A DNA stretch of 55,341 bases, counting the filler, from an uncultured delta proteobacterium (GTDB lineage: Bacteria; Desulfobacterota; Desulfobacteria; Desulfobacterales; SG8-13), in assembly GCA_963848135.1 (NCBI GenBank). It is 3 parts of 3 records of this genome, joined end to end, with 100 filler letters (N's around TTAATTAATTAA, not from the genome) between each part and the next. Parts side by side here need not be neighbours in the genome. Positions count along the whole stretch, not along the records: positions 1 to 28,506 come from CAWKCK010000006.1; 2 more parts are not named here. The stretch is one strand, 5' to 3'. This document shows, piece by piece, positions 10,240-19,845 of this stretch. A program made the position numbers and the translations under genes. Position 1 is the stretch's first letter, and each line of letters begins with the position of its first letter. The notes under the pieces are model-generated. The model had not been told where the DNA came from, searched no databases, and saw only the letters and a program-made list of their open reading frames with translations.

Positions 10240-10993
10240 CTATTCCACGATCTGGTTGAGCAGCTTCTGGGACTCGGCCTTGTATTGCGCTTCCGTGATA
10301 AGTCCCTGCTGCTGCAGTGACTTGAGTTCCTTGAGTCGCGCGACAGCCGACGCCTGACTGCCCGTCACGGCTGGGGCGGGCGGCGGCGGTGCTGTCTGCT
10401 GGACCGTCACGGTCGTGGGATGAGCGGCGGCGGCCGCCACTGCACCGGCCTCTGCCGTGGTCGCGGCGGCCGCGCTGACCCACACCGCGCGCCGGGCCGT
10501 GCGGCGCCAGACACCGAAGATGTCGATAAAAAGCGAAGATGGTCCACCCTTCTTGGGCAATTGCCCCTCGATAAGGGTGATGTCGTAGATCAGATCTTCT
10601 CCCTGGAGCCGCGGGTTTTGCAGCTTGACAACGACGTCAAGGAGGTCATCCTGGCCCGGTTCGAAGACCGAAAGGGTGGCATTGGGTGGATCGACGCTGA
10701 AGTTGTCCTTGCCCTCTTTCCAGAAATCCAGGTATTCCTGCATGCTGTAGTGCCCGGCCATGCGCACAGGACGGTCGGAGAAGAACAGTGTCGTCGCACC
10801 AACGCCCTTGAGGGTCAGGGTGCGCTTGTCCTTGTCGATAGCGACGCCCTTTGAGTTCTGCACGAAGAGCAGTTCCACTTTTTGTTTCACGGCCGGCGTT
10901 CCGGCAGCCTGAGATAGACCCGGCAGCCCGGCTATCCAGGCAACCAGGACGGCCATACAACACCGTCGTTATTAAACGATTTTTCTTCATCAT
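10240..10993 (-). CDS. Exported protein with C-terminal SHOCT domain (apparent 1-nt frameshift near 10957 in the signal peptide)
   Basis: GGGAG RBS and MMKKNRLITTV... are one base out of frame with MAVLVAWIAGLPGLSQA. Body LLFVQ...FFSDRPVR...DPPNATLS, then SHOCT. Paralog of 5453-6216. Confidence 0.8.
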
Positions 10994-11128
10994 TGACATC
11001 TCCCTTCTTATTCGCACAATTTTATCCCACATTCTCGAATGCATCTTGGTCTTCAACCCCTGGGGGCAATACCCGAACGGCATGCCGATAAAACCTGCCG
11101 GGTTCCGCTGGTGTTGCGGACACCCGTC

Positions 11129-11425
11129 TCAATCGTTGCCGCCGATCTGAATGCGCTCCACCTTATCTTCACTAAAGGTGACATAATAAACGAAGCTCTC
11201 CGGCCGGCGATCGTATATCCAGACCTGTCCGTTTTTTTCGGTGGTGGTCGGCGGGCCGCACTTCTGCTGGAACGCGTACTGCTGATCACCGATTTCGGCG
11301 ATGACCTCGCCGCAGACCATGTTCGAAATGTCATCGAGGGCGAAAACCGCCGACGATAGACCCGTCAGCATCAGCAGGGCAACCATCAGCCGCAGAACCG
11401 GTGCATGTTTTTTCATCCTTTCCAT
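11129..11425 (-). CDS. Small exported DUF2845-like protein
   Basis: Signal peptide, C-G...GD...KCGPP...W.Y...YYVTF...V.RI pattern. Confidence 0.7.
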   Translation of the reverse strand: MERMKKHAPVLRLMVALLMLTGLSSAVFALDDISNMVCGEVIAEIGDQQYAFQQKCGPPTTTEKNGQVWIYDRRPESFVYYVTFSEDKVERIQIGGND

Positions 11426-11440
11426 CCTTCTGCAGCGCGA

Positions 11441-11728
11441 TCAGCTGCCCCATTGATCCTCTATGATTCGGACGACGTTTCCGTTATCGTCGAACTCAAC
11501 CGTGTAAACCGGCTGAGACGGCCCGGGGTTATACCGCCAGAATTGTCCCTCTTTCTTGTCGGGTTCACCGCACTTGTCTTGAACGGTCTGGGAAAAATCG
11601 CCCTTTTCAACCACCCCCCCATCGCACATCATCGAATCGGTATCTTGAGCGGCAATGGCAGGGGAATGACCCATGCTAAGAGTCAATACTGATAATGCAA
11701 CTGCTAAGATGATGATTATTTTGCTCAT
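11441..11728 (-). CDS. Small exported DUF2845-like protein (tandem paralog)
   Basis: AGGAG RBS, signal peptide, CDGGVVEKGD...KCGEP...WRYNPGP...V.F...V.RI. Confidence 0.75.
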   Translation of the reverse strand: MSKIIIILAVALSVLTLSMGHSPAIAAQDTDSMMCDGGVVEKGDFSQTVQDKCGEPDKKEGQFWRYNPGPSQPVYTVEFDDNGNVVRIIEDQWGS

Positions 11729-11822
11729 GTGATTTCTCCTCGTATATTTCTTACATTCGCATCGTGGCGGATGTCATTTCAATGCTCCGGCCACTCGTCA
11801 GGCTGCATCCATTCGGTTGCGG

Positions 11823-12209
11823 TTATTCCCTTAGTCTTTGAATGGTTTCCATACCCGTGGTATGTGCTATGGCATTGAAACGGATCTCCGGATATTCTGT
11901 GGCCATCTCGACCACCAGGAGCACGGTGTGGAATGTATCGGTGCGCAGGTGACGTTCCAGGTCGCTTTGGCTCGACCAGATTTCCTCCAGCATCAGCGCA
12001 CCCTCCTCCTGTAAATCCTGGTACAGTCGGCAGCTGATGCAGCCCTCCTCAAGTCTGATCGACTCGATCACTGAATTGAGGATTATAAACGCCTCATGCC
12101 GTTTATTTGCCGGGATCAGCAGACGAATGGTGGCATGAACAGAATGTTTGTGCGCTGTTTGCTCCATTTTAATCGACGGCGTTCCCGTGTATTCGGACAA
12201 TGACATCAT
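11823..12209 (-). CDS. ABM (antibiotic biosynthesis monooxygenase)-fold small protein
   Basis: EEGCISCRLYQD...EEIWSS..DLERHLRT pattern. Start may be 12167. Confidence 0.75.
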   Translation of the reverse strand: MMSLSEYTGTPSIKMEQTAHKHSVHATIRLLIPANKRHEAFIILNSVIESIRLEEGCISCRLYQDLQEEGALMLEEIWSSQSDLERHLRTDTFHTVLLVVEMATEYPEIRFNAIAHTTGMETIQRLRE

Positions 12210-12261
12210 TTCCGGCGTATTTTCCCACCGAGAGAAACAATAGAGAATATAAAACCCGTAT

Positions 12262-12277
12262 TGCGAAAATTATTCCA
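12262..12277 (-). promoter_or_regulatory. Putative sigma54 -24/-12 promoter
   Basis: Minus strand TGGAATAATTTTCGCA has exact GG-N10-GC spacing. It lies upstream of the exported-protein operon and about 100 bp from the candidate enhancer repeats. Confidence 0.6.
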
Positions 12278-12373
12278 TAATCAATGGAACACATGAAACT
12301 GTTGTAACTTTTCAGAATTAATGAATTTTTAAGAAGAAAAAGCTCTATGTGAGGGCATACAGGAAGATAGACG

Positions 12374-12408
12374 TGCCGTAATATCGGCATATTGCCGTAA
12401 TATCGGCA
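12374..12408. promoter_or_regulatory. Tandem palindromic repeats, candidate bEBP enhancer (UAS)
   Basis: TGCCGTAATATCGGCA at 12374-12389 and identically at 12393-12408 (TGCCG-N6-CGGCA, 19-bp period). Confidence 0.65.
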
Positions 12409-14439
12409 TCAAGGGGTCGGGCGCTGGATGCCCAACTTCTTCATTTTGGATTGCAGGGTGGTGCGCTTCATCCCCAGGATTTCGGCGGCCCCCCCCTTGC
12501 CGGTGACACGCCAGCCGGTTTTCTTAAGCACGCCCAGGATATGAACCCGCTCGACATCCTCCAGCTTGTCACTGGCGGCAACCTCTTCGGATGCCAGATG
12601 CGGCCGACGCAAATGCAGCGTTCCCCCCGGGCTGGTGATCATGGCGTGTTCGACAATATTCCTTAATTCCCTGGCGTTTCCTGGCCAGGGGTAGTGTTGC
12701 ATGGCCTCCAGGTTCTTGCGTGGGATGTGGTCGATCCGTTTGCCTATTTTTTTTTCATAGCGTTTAATGAACGACCAGATCAGAGGGGGTATATCCAAGG
12801 GGCGCTCACGCAGAGGCGGAATCAAAATGGGAAACACATTCAGACGATAGTAGAGGTCGCTGCGGAATCTTCCCGCAGTGACTTCTTGTGATAGGTCCCG
12901 ATGGGTGGCGGCAATGATTCGAACGTTCACTTTGAGCGATTTAGTAGACCCCAAGCGTTCAAACCGTCCCTCCTCCAGAACCCGGAGTAACTTGGCCTGC
13001 AAGTCGGGCGGGAGTTCGCCGATCTCGTCCAGAAAAAGCGTGGATTGGTCGGCCACCTCGAAGCGGCCTGCCATTCGCGTCATGGCGCCGGTGTAGGCGC
13101 CCTTCTCCCTGCCGAAGAGTTCGCTTTCGATAAGGGTCGGGGGCAGGACTGCGCAATTGATCGTTACCAACGGCCGGTTTTTCCGTTTGCTCAACCTGTG
13201 GATCGCGCGGGCCAGGAGGTCCTTGCCGGTGCCGGTTTCTCCCAGCAGTAGAACGGTCGCATCCGTGCCGGCCACCTGTTCGACCTGGGCCAGAACCCGC
13301 TTCATGGCCTGGCTATGGCCGACGATACCTTCATGCCCATGTTGGAGCGTGATTTCATCACGCAGGTAAATGTTTTCCTTCTCTAATTTATCCCGCAGCT
13401 GCTGAATTTCATCGATCTGTTCGAGCAGCTTGGTCTCCATCTCCTTGCGCCGGGTGATGTCGATGGCGACCCCCATCAGGCGTTCCGGCTGGTCCGGTGC
13501 GGCAGGGTAGGATCGCCCACTGGATTCGACCCAACGCACGCCCCCGGCGGGGGTTACAACCCGGTATTGGAGACTGACCAGATCGCGCGTCTGGAGACAT
13601 CGTGCGAGGGTATCTTTGGCACTTTCGCGATCGTCCGGGTGGACGACCTCCAAAAACCGCTCAAAGCTCAATGGCTCGCTGGGGTTGAAGTGAAGCAGCT
13701 CTCGCAGCTTGTCGGTGGCCCAGATCCGGCCCGTGTCGGCATTCATCACCCAAAGCCCGGCCTCGGCCGAAGAAGCGGCCAGGCTCAGACGCTCCTCGCT
13801 GTCGCGGAGGGCCTGTTCGGCCTTGCGTCGTTCAAGGGAGCTGACAAAGATCTCGCCAAGCAGCTGCAGACGCGGGATGAACTCCTCGGGCCAGTCGCGC
13901 TCCTTTTGCACGGCATTGATGGAAATAATGTGGACCACGGATTCATTGACGAGAATCGGCATGGCGAGGTTGGAGCGTATACCCCAATCGCTCCAGGTTT
14001 GCTTGTCCACATGGGCCTCATCCGGCATGTCGTCGACCCTCGCAAATGACACCACTTCGCCTTCTACCGCCAGCTTATCGAAACCCCATGGGTTGATCGA
14101 TCGGGGGAGTTCGGTACCTACGGGGACCGGCGCGGTATTCTCCGAGTAAACCGCATGGGTGATTTTCCAAGCGTTCTTATCCGGCAAGGCGTGAAGCAAC
14201 CCGCAGCGGTCGACCTGGAAGAACTCCAGCACCATTTTCAAGGCGTGCTCGATCTCGTCGTCGAGCTGATCGGACGGCAAGTGGATGAACCGTGCCGACA
14301 GATCCGAAATCATTTGTTCAAACCGCAGGCGGTTCCTGAGATCCGTTTCACCGTCCGATAGACAAACGCTGCCTTTATTCAGTCTCGTAGAAGTATCGGC
14401 CTGTCGTTTGTCAGTAGACTGCGGTTGTCTTTTAGGCAT
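12409..14439 (-). CDS. Sigma54-dependent transcriptional activator (GAF-PAS-AAA+-HTH, FhlA/NifA-like)
   Basis: Walker A GETGTGK, ESELFG, GAYTGA loop, Walker [23 protein letters not shown], Fis-type HTH GAAEILG. No receiver domain. Confidence 0.95.
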   Translation of the reverse strand: MPKRQPQSTDKRQADTSTRLNKGSVCLSDGETDLRNRLRFEQMISDLSARFIHLPSDQLDDEIEHALKMVLEFFQVDRCGLLHALPDKNAWKITHAVYSENTAPVPVGTELPRSINPWGFDKLAVEGEVVSFARVDDMPDEAHVDKQTWSDWGIRSNLAMPILVNESVVHIISINAVQKERDWPEEFIPRLQLLGEIFVSSLERRKAEQALRDSEERLSLAASSAEAGLWVMNADTGRIWATDKLRELLHFNPSEPLSFERFLEVVHPDDRESAKDTLARCLQTRDLVSLQYRVVTPAGGVRWVESSGRSYPAAPDQPERLMGVAIDITRRKEMETKLLEQIDEIQQLRDKLEKENIYLRDEITLQHGHEGIVGHSQAMKRVLAQVEQVAGTDATVLLLGETGTGKDLLARAIHRLSKRKNRPLVTINCAVLPPTLIESELFGREKGAYTGAMTRMAGRFEVADQSTLFLDEIGELPPDLQAKLLRVLEEGRFERLGSTKSLKVNVRIIAATHRDLSQEVTAGRFRSDLYYRLNVFPILIPPLRERPLDIPPLIWSFIKRYEKKIGKRIDHIPRKNLEAMQHYPWPGNARELRNIVEHAMITSPGGTLHLRRPHLASEEVAASDKLEDVERVHILGVLKKTGWRVTGKGGAAEILGMKRTTLQSKMKKLGIQRPTP

Positions 14440-14617
14440 GGAATTCTGTTCTTTCTTTATGCGCCCTTATGCATGCGTTTGCGCGCTGATGTCGTTGAAT
14501 ACCCTTTCCGCCCCAAGAATTACGAAAACTCCCCGAGGGCGCAATTCCCTACCACTGTATGGCAACGCGTATCATAAAGAAGGGGGGGTGCCATCTTTCA
14601 AAATATCTGCAACGGCC

Positions 14618-15394
14618 TCACTGCCAGATGGGATCGCGCTTTTCCAGATAGGCCTGCTTGCTCTCCTGAGCGTCAAGACTGTATTGGGTCCGTTCCTGTA
14701 AATCGAAGTACACTTTTAAAATCGCATCGTATCCTTTGTCAAAAGCCTGGTTGGTGATCAGTTTACTCATACGCGAACCGGTCGAGCAAGATTTCAAATA
14801 ATCGGCCGCAACCTGGTCAAGATGAGAAAAAAAGTTTTTTTCGGGGACCAGGTGGTCCACCAGCCCGATGGCCGAAGCTTCTTTACCGTCGATGTTCTCA
14901 CCACCGATAATCATCTTTTTTGCGCGCCCCCAGCCGACATAGCGGGGTAGGCGCCAGGTGGCCAAACCCGGAATCAGGGATTCACGGATAGCGGGCAAAC
15001 CAATTTGGCATCCCGGCGTGCTCACCCGGATGTCACTGGCGAGGGCAAGTTGCAACCCACCACCGAGGCAATATCCGTGCATTCCGACGATCACGATCTT
15101 TTCCATCTGTTCGAATACACGCAAGGCTTTTTCCCATCTCTCATGGTAGCCCATGTCGATGTCCCCGGCCGACAGCTGCTTCAAATCGATACCGGTGCAA
15201 AACGCACGCCCCTGTCCCCGGATGACCACGATGCGGATATCCGGATCCTCCCGGATGGCCAGGGCCACATGACCGATCTGGACTGTCCCGTCATTGTTTA
15301 TGGCATTCAGGTGTGACACTCTCGTAAACGTCACCCACGCCTGTTTGCCTTCCTTTTCCAGAATCATGTTGTCCAATTGTAACAATGTTTCCAT
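14618..15394 (-). CDS. Crotonase (enoyl-CoA hydratase/isomerase) superfamily protein
   Basis: RAFCTGIDL, HGYCLGGGLQLALASDIR, GLVDHLVP. GGAGG RBS before 15394. Confidence 0.9.
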   Translation of the reverse strand: METLLQLDNMILEKEGKQAWVTFTRVSHLNAINNDGTVQIGHVALAIREDPDIRIVVIRGQGRAFCTGIDLKQLSAGDIDMGYHERWEKALRVFEQMEKIVIVGMHGYCLGGGLQLALASDIRVSTPGCQIGLPAIRESLIPGLATWRLPRYVGWGRAKKMIIGGENIDGKEASAIGLVDHLVPEKNFFSHLDQVAADYLKSCSTGSRMSKLITNQAFDKGYDAILKVYFDLQERTQYSLDAQESKQAYLEKRDPIWQ

Positions 15395-15437
15395 GATGAC
15401 CTCCCGGAGTACATCCAAAGAGAACGCCTCACCCGTC

Positions 15438-15863
15438 TCACCAGTTGATCATAATGGTTAATTGTTCCCCATCAACACTGGCAGGGAAGACCTTGATCGG
15501 GTTCGGTGCAGGACCGTAGATATTGTTTCCGTCCAAGTCATAAGTGGATTTGTTGACGCTGCAGCATTGTACCGTTCCGGTCTCAGGTACGGGGTCCAAC
15601 CGCCGATGGCCCAGATGCGTGCAGCGATTGTGAAAGGCGTGGTACTCACCGTCATCTTCTTTTACCACAAGTATCCGCAAGGGCAGATTGCCCCCTTCGA
15701 GGCGGATCGCACCGCCTTTTTCTTTCAATTCGGGTGCTTTGGTCATGTCTATTGCCAGTTTTCCATCAGCAAACTGCCAGCAGTCCGGATTGACGGGCTT
15801 GGATGTCACCGGCAAACCCAAAATTCTTTGAAAAATATTGCGCCTTAAAAACTTAATTTCCAT
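15438..15863 (-). CDS. Rieske-like [2Fe-2S] domain protein with non-canonical second motif
   Basis: NRCTHLG (CxH) is present. The second motif reads QCCSVNKSTYDLDG followed by GPAP. Confidence 0.75.
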   Translation of the reverse strand: MEIKFLRRNIFQRILGLPVTSKPVNPDCWQFADGKLAIDMTKAPELKEKGGAIRLEGGNLPLRILVVKEDDGEYHAFHNRCTHLGHRRLDPVPETGTVQCCSVNKSTYDLDGNNIYGPAPNPIKVFPASVDGEQLTIMINW

Positions 15864-16274
15864 GATTCGCTTTCCTTCCGCTTGTTGGATTGTTTCCACC
15901 CAGTTGAGCGTTTCATATTTTCGAAGTATGAAAATAAACAATAAAAATAAGGCATTCTGCCCATCGGAATTTCGAAAATATAAAACCCTGCGGGATTTCC
16001 AATTTCACCGCATCTACGACGTCAAATGACGTCCCGCATAGTTCACTATAGCGGAACGACAATTTCCTTGTACCTGCGGCGAACTTGAAAATCGCTCAAT
16101 TTGGGTTCCATCCTGAATAGTCGTTTGGCCGGGCCGAAGCCCTGCCACAGAAAGCCACTATAATTATTCTAAATATTAAATTTATGGTAGAGATTTAACC
16201 CGGGAGCCGCCTCTTTGTCAAACCCTCGTCCGAATATCAAACATCTTTCCAGCATCCTCACCAATCGAATAAAT

Positions 16275-16301
16275 TAAAGTTCCAATCCGATCGGCCGATA
16301 A
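16275..16301 (+). promoter_or_regulatory. Sigma28 (FliA) promoter
   Basis: TAAA-N15-GCCGATAA, an exact consensus match (TAAAGTTccaatccgatcgGCCGATAA). Confidence 0.85.
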
Positions 16302-16322
16302 ATACAAATGGGAGGCCATCTC

Positions 16323-16553
16323 ATGAGTGAGTCAATTAATCAAATCGATAGTCTTTTGGGGGCTGACAGCTACTATCGGCTCCAGCAACAAAAGGCTGCT
16401 CAAGCCCCTGACAGGGTGGAAAAAGATACGGATCAGAAAGCTTCTAAGTATATTATTGAGGGCAATTCAATAATTTACGAAAGTTACGATCGTGACGGCA
16501 AACTCATTTCCAGGGTGCCATGGACCGCTCAACCGATCGATGAGAGAGCATAA
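16323..16553 (+). CDS. Small sigma28-regulon protein, FlaG-like
   Basis: GGAGG RBS at 16311-16315, 76 aa. C-terminal IIYESYDRDGKLISRVP resembles the FlaG V.V.D..TGEVIRQIP motif. Confidence 0.65.
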   Translation: MSESINQIDSLLGADSYYRLQQQKAAQAPDRVEKDTDQKASKYIIEGNSIIYESYDRDGKLISRVPWTAQPIDERA

Positions 16554-16831
16554 CCCGACTTTTTCACCACTGCCAGATAAAATCCTTCGATAATATATAA
16601 CTCTTCCAGGTGCTTTTTTACTGGTTTCAAGGGTGGCTTATCCAGAATGACAAGGGTATCCTAACCGGTTCCTCGGTTCGCATTCATTTCCCACAGGTTG
16701 CGTTATCTACCCCACCAAGTTTGTGGCATATCCCCCAAACGCAATTAATGCCCGCTAACACCATTCGCGACAAAACTTACAAGCTTCTGTAATTATTTTC
16801 AATTTTCAGATTCAACAATTAAATGCGGCGT

Positions 16832-16847
16832 CGGCACAAAGCTTGCT
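16832..16847 (+). promoter_or_regulatory. Sigma54 -24/-12 promoter
   Basis: CGGCACAAAGCTTGCT is near consensus (GGCAC-N5-TTGC), about 50 nt upstream of the HD-GYP gene. Confidence 0.75.
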
Positions 16848-16894
16848 TTTTATTCATGAATTATTTCTCATGATCGTTCAAAGGAACTGTTGAT

Positions 16895-18289
16895 TTGGCG
16901 CAAAACAGGACACTGACAAGCTATACGGTAACCGATTCATTGACGAGGCGGGCGGTCGACATCTTCGTATCGCTCAAAACGTCTGCGGGTTTCAACCCGT
17001 CGTTTCGGTCGATACAGCAACGACTGTTTTGGCGGTTATCGATCGCCGGGATGGTCATCGCCGCAGTGTTGTCTCTGTTGGTGTATATCAGTGAACAAAA
17101 AACTGTCTCGAGAACGGTCAGCAGCCGGGCCTGGGAAGTCGTCGTGAGGTTCAATGACCAGATAAAAACCCTTCTTGATGACCCGGAGATCCCAAAACTC
17201 GAGATTATAAGAGATAAGATCAAGGTCTTGTTTGCCGCGAGTAAAATAAAGCACCAGCAGGGCCAACTTATCTACCTGAAAATGTACGATCAATTCGGCG
17301 ATGACATGGGTCTTGTCATGAACAATGACTACGCAAGCATCAGCACTATAGCATCGTACATGCAGGAACATTCTGGTGATCAAAAAGCTGGCGGAGATAA
17401 CCATGTTGAAATTAAATATTTTGGCGGGGCACCTCACGTAATTCTTACCGTTCCCTTGGTCGACTCCTCTGGTAAGATTGTCGCAAGGATTGAGGAAGTC
17501 GTCGCTGTTTCTTATAAAGTACTGACAGAAATCGAAACGCGTATTTTTAAGACTATCCTGATGGTATTTGCAATTGTTTTTGCAGTCACCCTGGCATTCT
17601 ATCCCATTTACCGATCACTTCTCGCTCAGCAGTTAAAATTGACCCAAAACCTTCTCGAGTCCAACATCGATATTTTGCAAGTACTCGGCAGTGCGATTGC
17701 CAAACGGGACAGCAATACGGATAGCCATAATTATCGTGTTACGATTTATGCGGTATGTCTGGCCGAAGCAATCAAACTAAACCATAATACCATTCAAAGC
17801 CTCATAAAAGGGGCTTTTCTGCATGATGTCGGAAAGATCGGTATCAGCGATACGATATTGCTAAAACCTGGGAAGTTAAATCAAGAAGAGTTTGAAGTGA
17901 TGAAAAACCATGTCCAGCATGGCATCGATATCGTCAAACGTTCAGAGTGGCTGAAAGATGCCGCCGACATCGTCGAATGTCATCATGAACAGTACGGCGG
18001 AAACGGTTATCCGATGGGACTCAAGGGTCGTGCTATCCCTGTAGGTGCGCGAATCTTTGCCATTGCCGATGTTTTCGATGCCTTGACATCTCGCAGGCCT
18101 TACAAAGAATCCTTTTCGTATCGAAGTGCTGTTAATTTAATAAGAGAAAAAAGCGGTATTCATTTCGACCCTGACTTTGTCGATGTCTTCTTTTCTATTA
18201 TCGGCCCGATCCATCGGGAAATAAAAAAATGCAACAGTAGGATTTTGCGGCACAGGATGTCGATCATCATAAACAAGTATTTTTCATAA
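16895..18289 (+). CDS. Membrane-anchored HD-GYP cyclic-dinucleotide phosphodiesterase
   Basis: Two TM helices flank a periplasmic domain. LHDVGK, HHEQYGGNGYP, IADVFDALTSRRPYK. Confidence 0.92.
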   Translation: MAQNRTLTSYTVTDSLTRRAVDIFVSLKTSAGFNPSFRSIQQRLFWRLSIAGMVIAAVLSLLVYISEQKTVSRTVSSRAWEVVVRFNDQIKTLLDDPEIPKLEIIRDKIKVLFAASKIKHQQGQLIYLKMYDQFGDDMGLVMNNDYASISTIASYMQEHSGDQKAGGDNHVEIKYFGGAPHVILTVPLVDSSGKIVARIEEVVAVSYKVLTEIETRIFKTILMVFAIVFAVTLAFYPIYRSLLAQQLKLTQNLLESNIDILQVLGSAIAKRDSNTDSHNYRVTIYAVCLAEAIKLNHNTIQSLIKGAFLHDVGKIGISDTILLKPGKLNQEEFEVMKNHVQHGIDIVKRSEWLKDAADIVECHHEQYGGNGYPMGLKGRAIPVGARIFAIADVFDALTSRRPYKESFSYRSAVNLIREKSGIHFDPDFVDVFFSIIGPIHREIKKCNSRILRHRMSIIINKYFS

Positions 18290-18717
18290 TGTTCAGTGGA
18301 AGATGAAAAATTTGGATTACATCTGACACATTAAGATCCCAGTTCTACCTAAGCCCGACAATTTGTGGTTATACTCGTTCAGTTTGAAATGCTAACCAAT
18401 CTTCAGGTTATGATATGGTATCACAATGAGCCTACCTGCCGACATCTTGAGGTACACCAGATTAGCCTTCGGTCCAAATAATGGCAAAATGTCTGTTATT
18501 TTTTTATCACTCCGGTTTTCACGCAATACGAGAATCTATTCTGTATATTGATTTTGTGATAGAGAATACCCTTTGGGTTAAATCTTCTCCCATTGATTCT
18601 CAGAACAAATAAATTCTATTAAAAATACTGGCGCTCATTTCACGTACACACCGATTTCAATTTCACTCCGCAAATTACATTTGCCGAGTGCCAAGCAAAA
18701 AATGCTGGGAGCAAAAA

Positions 18718-19764
18718 ATGACTGATTTGCCTTTAACCATGCGTGGCGTGTGGTTGACTGGTCATGGTGATATGGACAAGCTGGACATCCGTCAGGATAT
18801 TCCGGTTCCCGTCCCTGGACCGTTCGATGTTCTCGTACGTGTCGCCGCTGCTGGTGTCAACAATACGGATATCAACACACGAACGGCTTGGTATTCAAAA
18901 AAAAAAGCTGCCAGTGAAGATGCTAGTTGGTCGGGTCAGCCGATTACGTTCCCGCGCATTCAGGGGATCGACGTCTGCGGCCATATTATTGCCGTGGGCA
19001 GAGAAGTAAGCTCCACCAGAATCGGTGAGCGGGTATTGATCGAACCTTGTTTGAGGGAGGCCCATGGTAAAAAACTCGATCAACCGTGGTTCTTTGGTTC
19101 AGAGTGTGATGGTGGTTTTGCTGAATTTACTGTTGTGGCCACCAGGCATGCCCACAAAATTGACAGTGAACTGTCCGATATAGATCTGGCATCCTTTCCC
19201 TGTTCCTATTCTACGGCTGAAAACATGCTAACGCGTGCAAGAGTTAAATCAGGAGAACACGTTTTAATAACAGGGGCCTCTGGCGGAGTTGGGTCCGCGG
19301 CTGTTCAACTGGCCAAGGCACGGGGCGCATATGTTTGGGCGGTAACCACTTCTGCCAAATCGGACGCGTTAAACGAACTTGGTGCGGACGAGACGATTTC
19401 ACGAGAAACAGATCTAACCGCTGAACCTGGTGTAAACAATGTGGATGTCGTAATCGACCTCGTTGCCGGTGATAAATGGCCGCAGCTCTTGGAAGTGTTG
19501 CGGCCCGGTGGGGGGTATGCTGTGGCGGGTGCCATTGCCGGCCCGTTGGTGGAACTGGATATCAGAACCCTTTATTTGAAAGATCTCAGCCTTTTCGGTT
19601 GCACCGTTCTTGAACCTGAGGTGTTCAGCAATCTGATTGAGCGCATAGAGCAAGACGCCATAAAACCAGTCGTAGCCAGATCGTTTGCTCTCGAAGAAAT
19701 CCGCGATGCACAAATCTTTTTCCTAAAAAAGCAGCATGTTGGGAAAATTGTGCTCAAAATATAA
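18718..19764 (+). CDS. MDR-family (zinc-binding alcohol dehydrogenase/quinone oxidoreductase-like) oxidoreductase
   Basis: GVNNTD, PRIQGIDVCG, VLITGASGGVGSAAVQLAK, GKIVL. GGAG RBS. Confidence 0.9.
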   Translation: MTDLPLTMRGVWLTGHGDMDKLDIRQDIPVPVPGPFDVLVRVAAAGVNNTDINTRTAWYSKKKAASEDASWSGQPITFPRIQGIDVCGHIIAVGREVSSTRIGERVLIEPCLREAHGKKLDQPWFFGSECDGGFAEFTVVATRHAHKIDSELSDIDLASFPCSYSTAENMLTRARVKSGEHVLITGASGGVGSAAVQLAKARGAYVWAVTTSAKSDALNELGADETISRETDLTAEPGVNNVDVVIDLVAGDKWPQLLEVLRPGGGYAVAGAIAGPLVELDIRTLYLKDLSLFGCTVLEPEVFSNLIERIEQDAIKPVVARSFALEEIRDAQIFFLKKQHVGKIVLKI

Positions 19765-19845
19765 AGGCTTTTATACGCGGATTTCCGGAATATATTCACA
19801 GGTGGTATCGTTATATTCGGGTTAAAATGCGCCGACCAGTAAATA

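Noticed and set aside
12374..12408. Direct repeats as a CRISPR remnant
   Set aside because: Only two 16-bp units separated by 3 bp, no spacers and no cas genes. Better explained as an enhancer.
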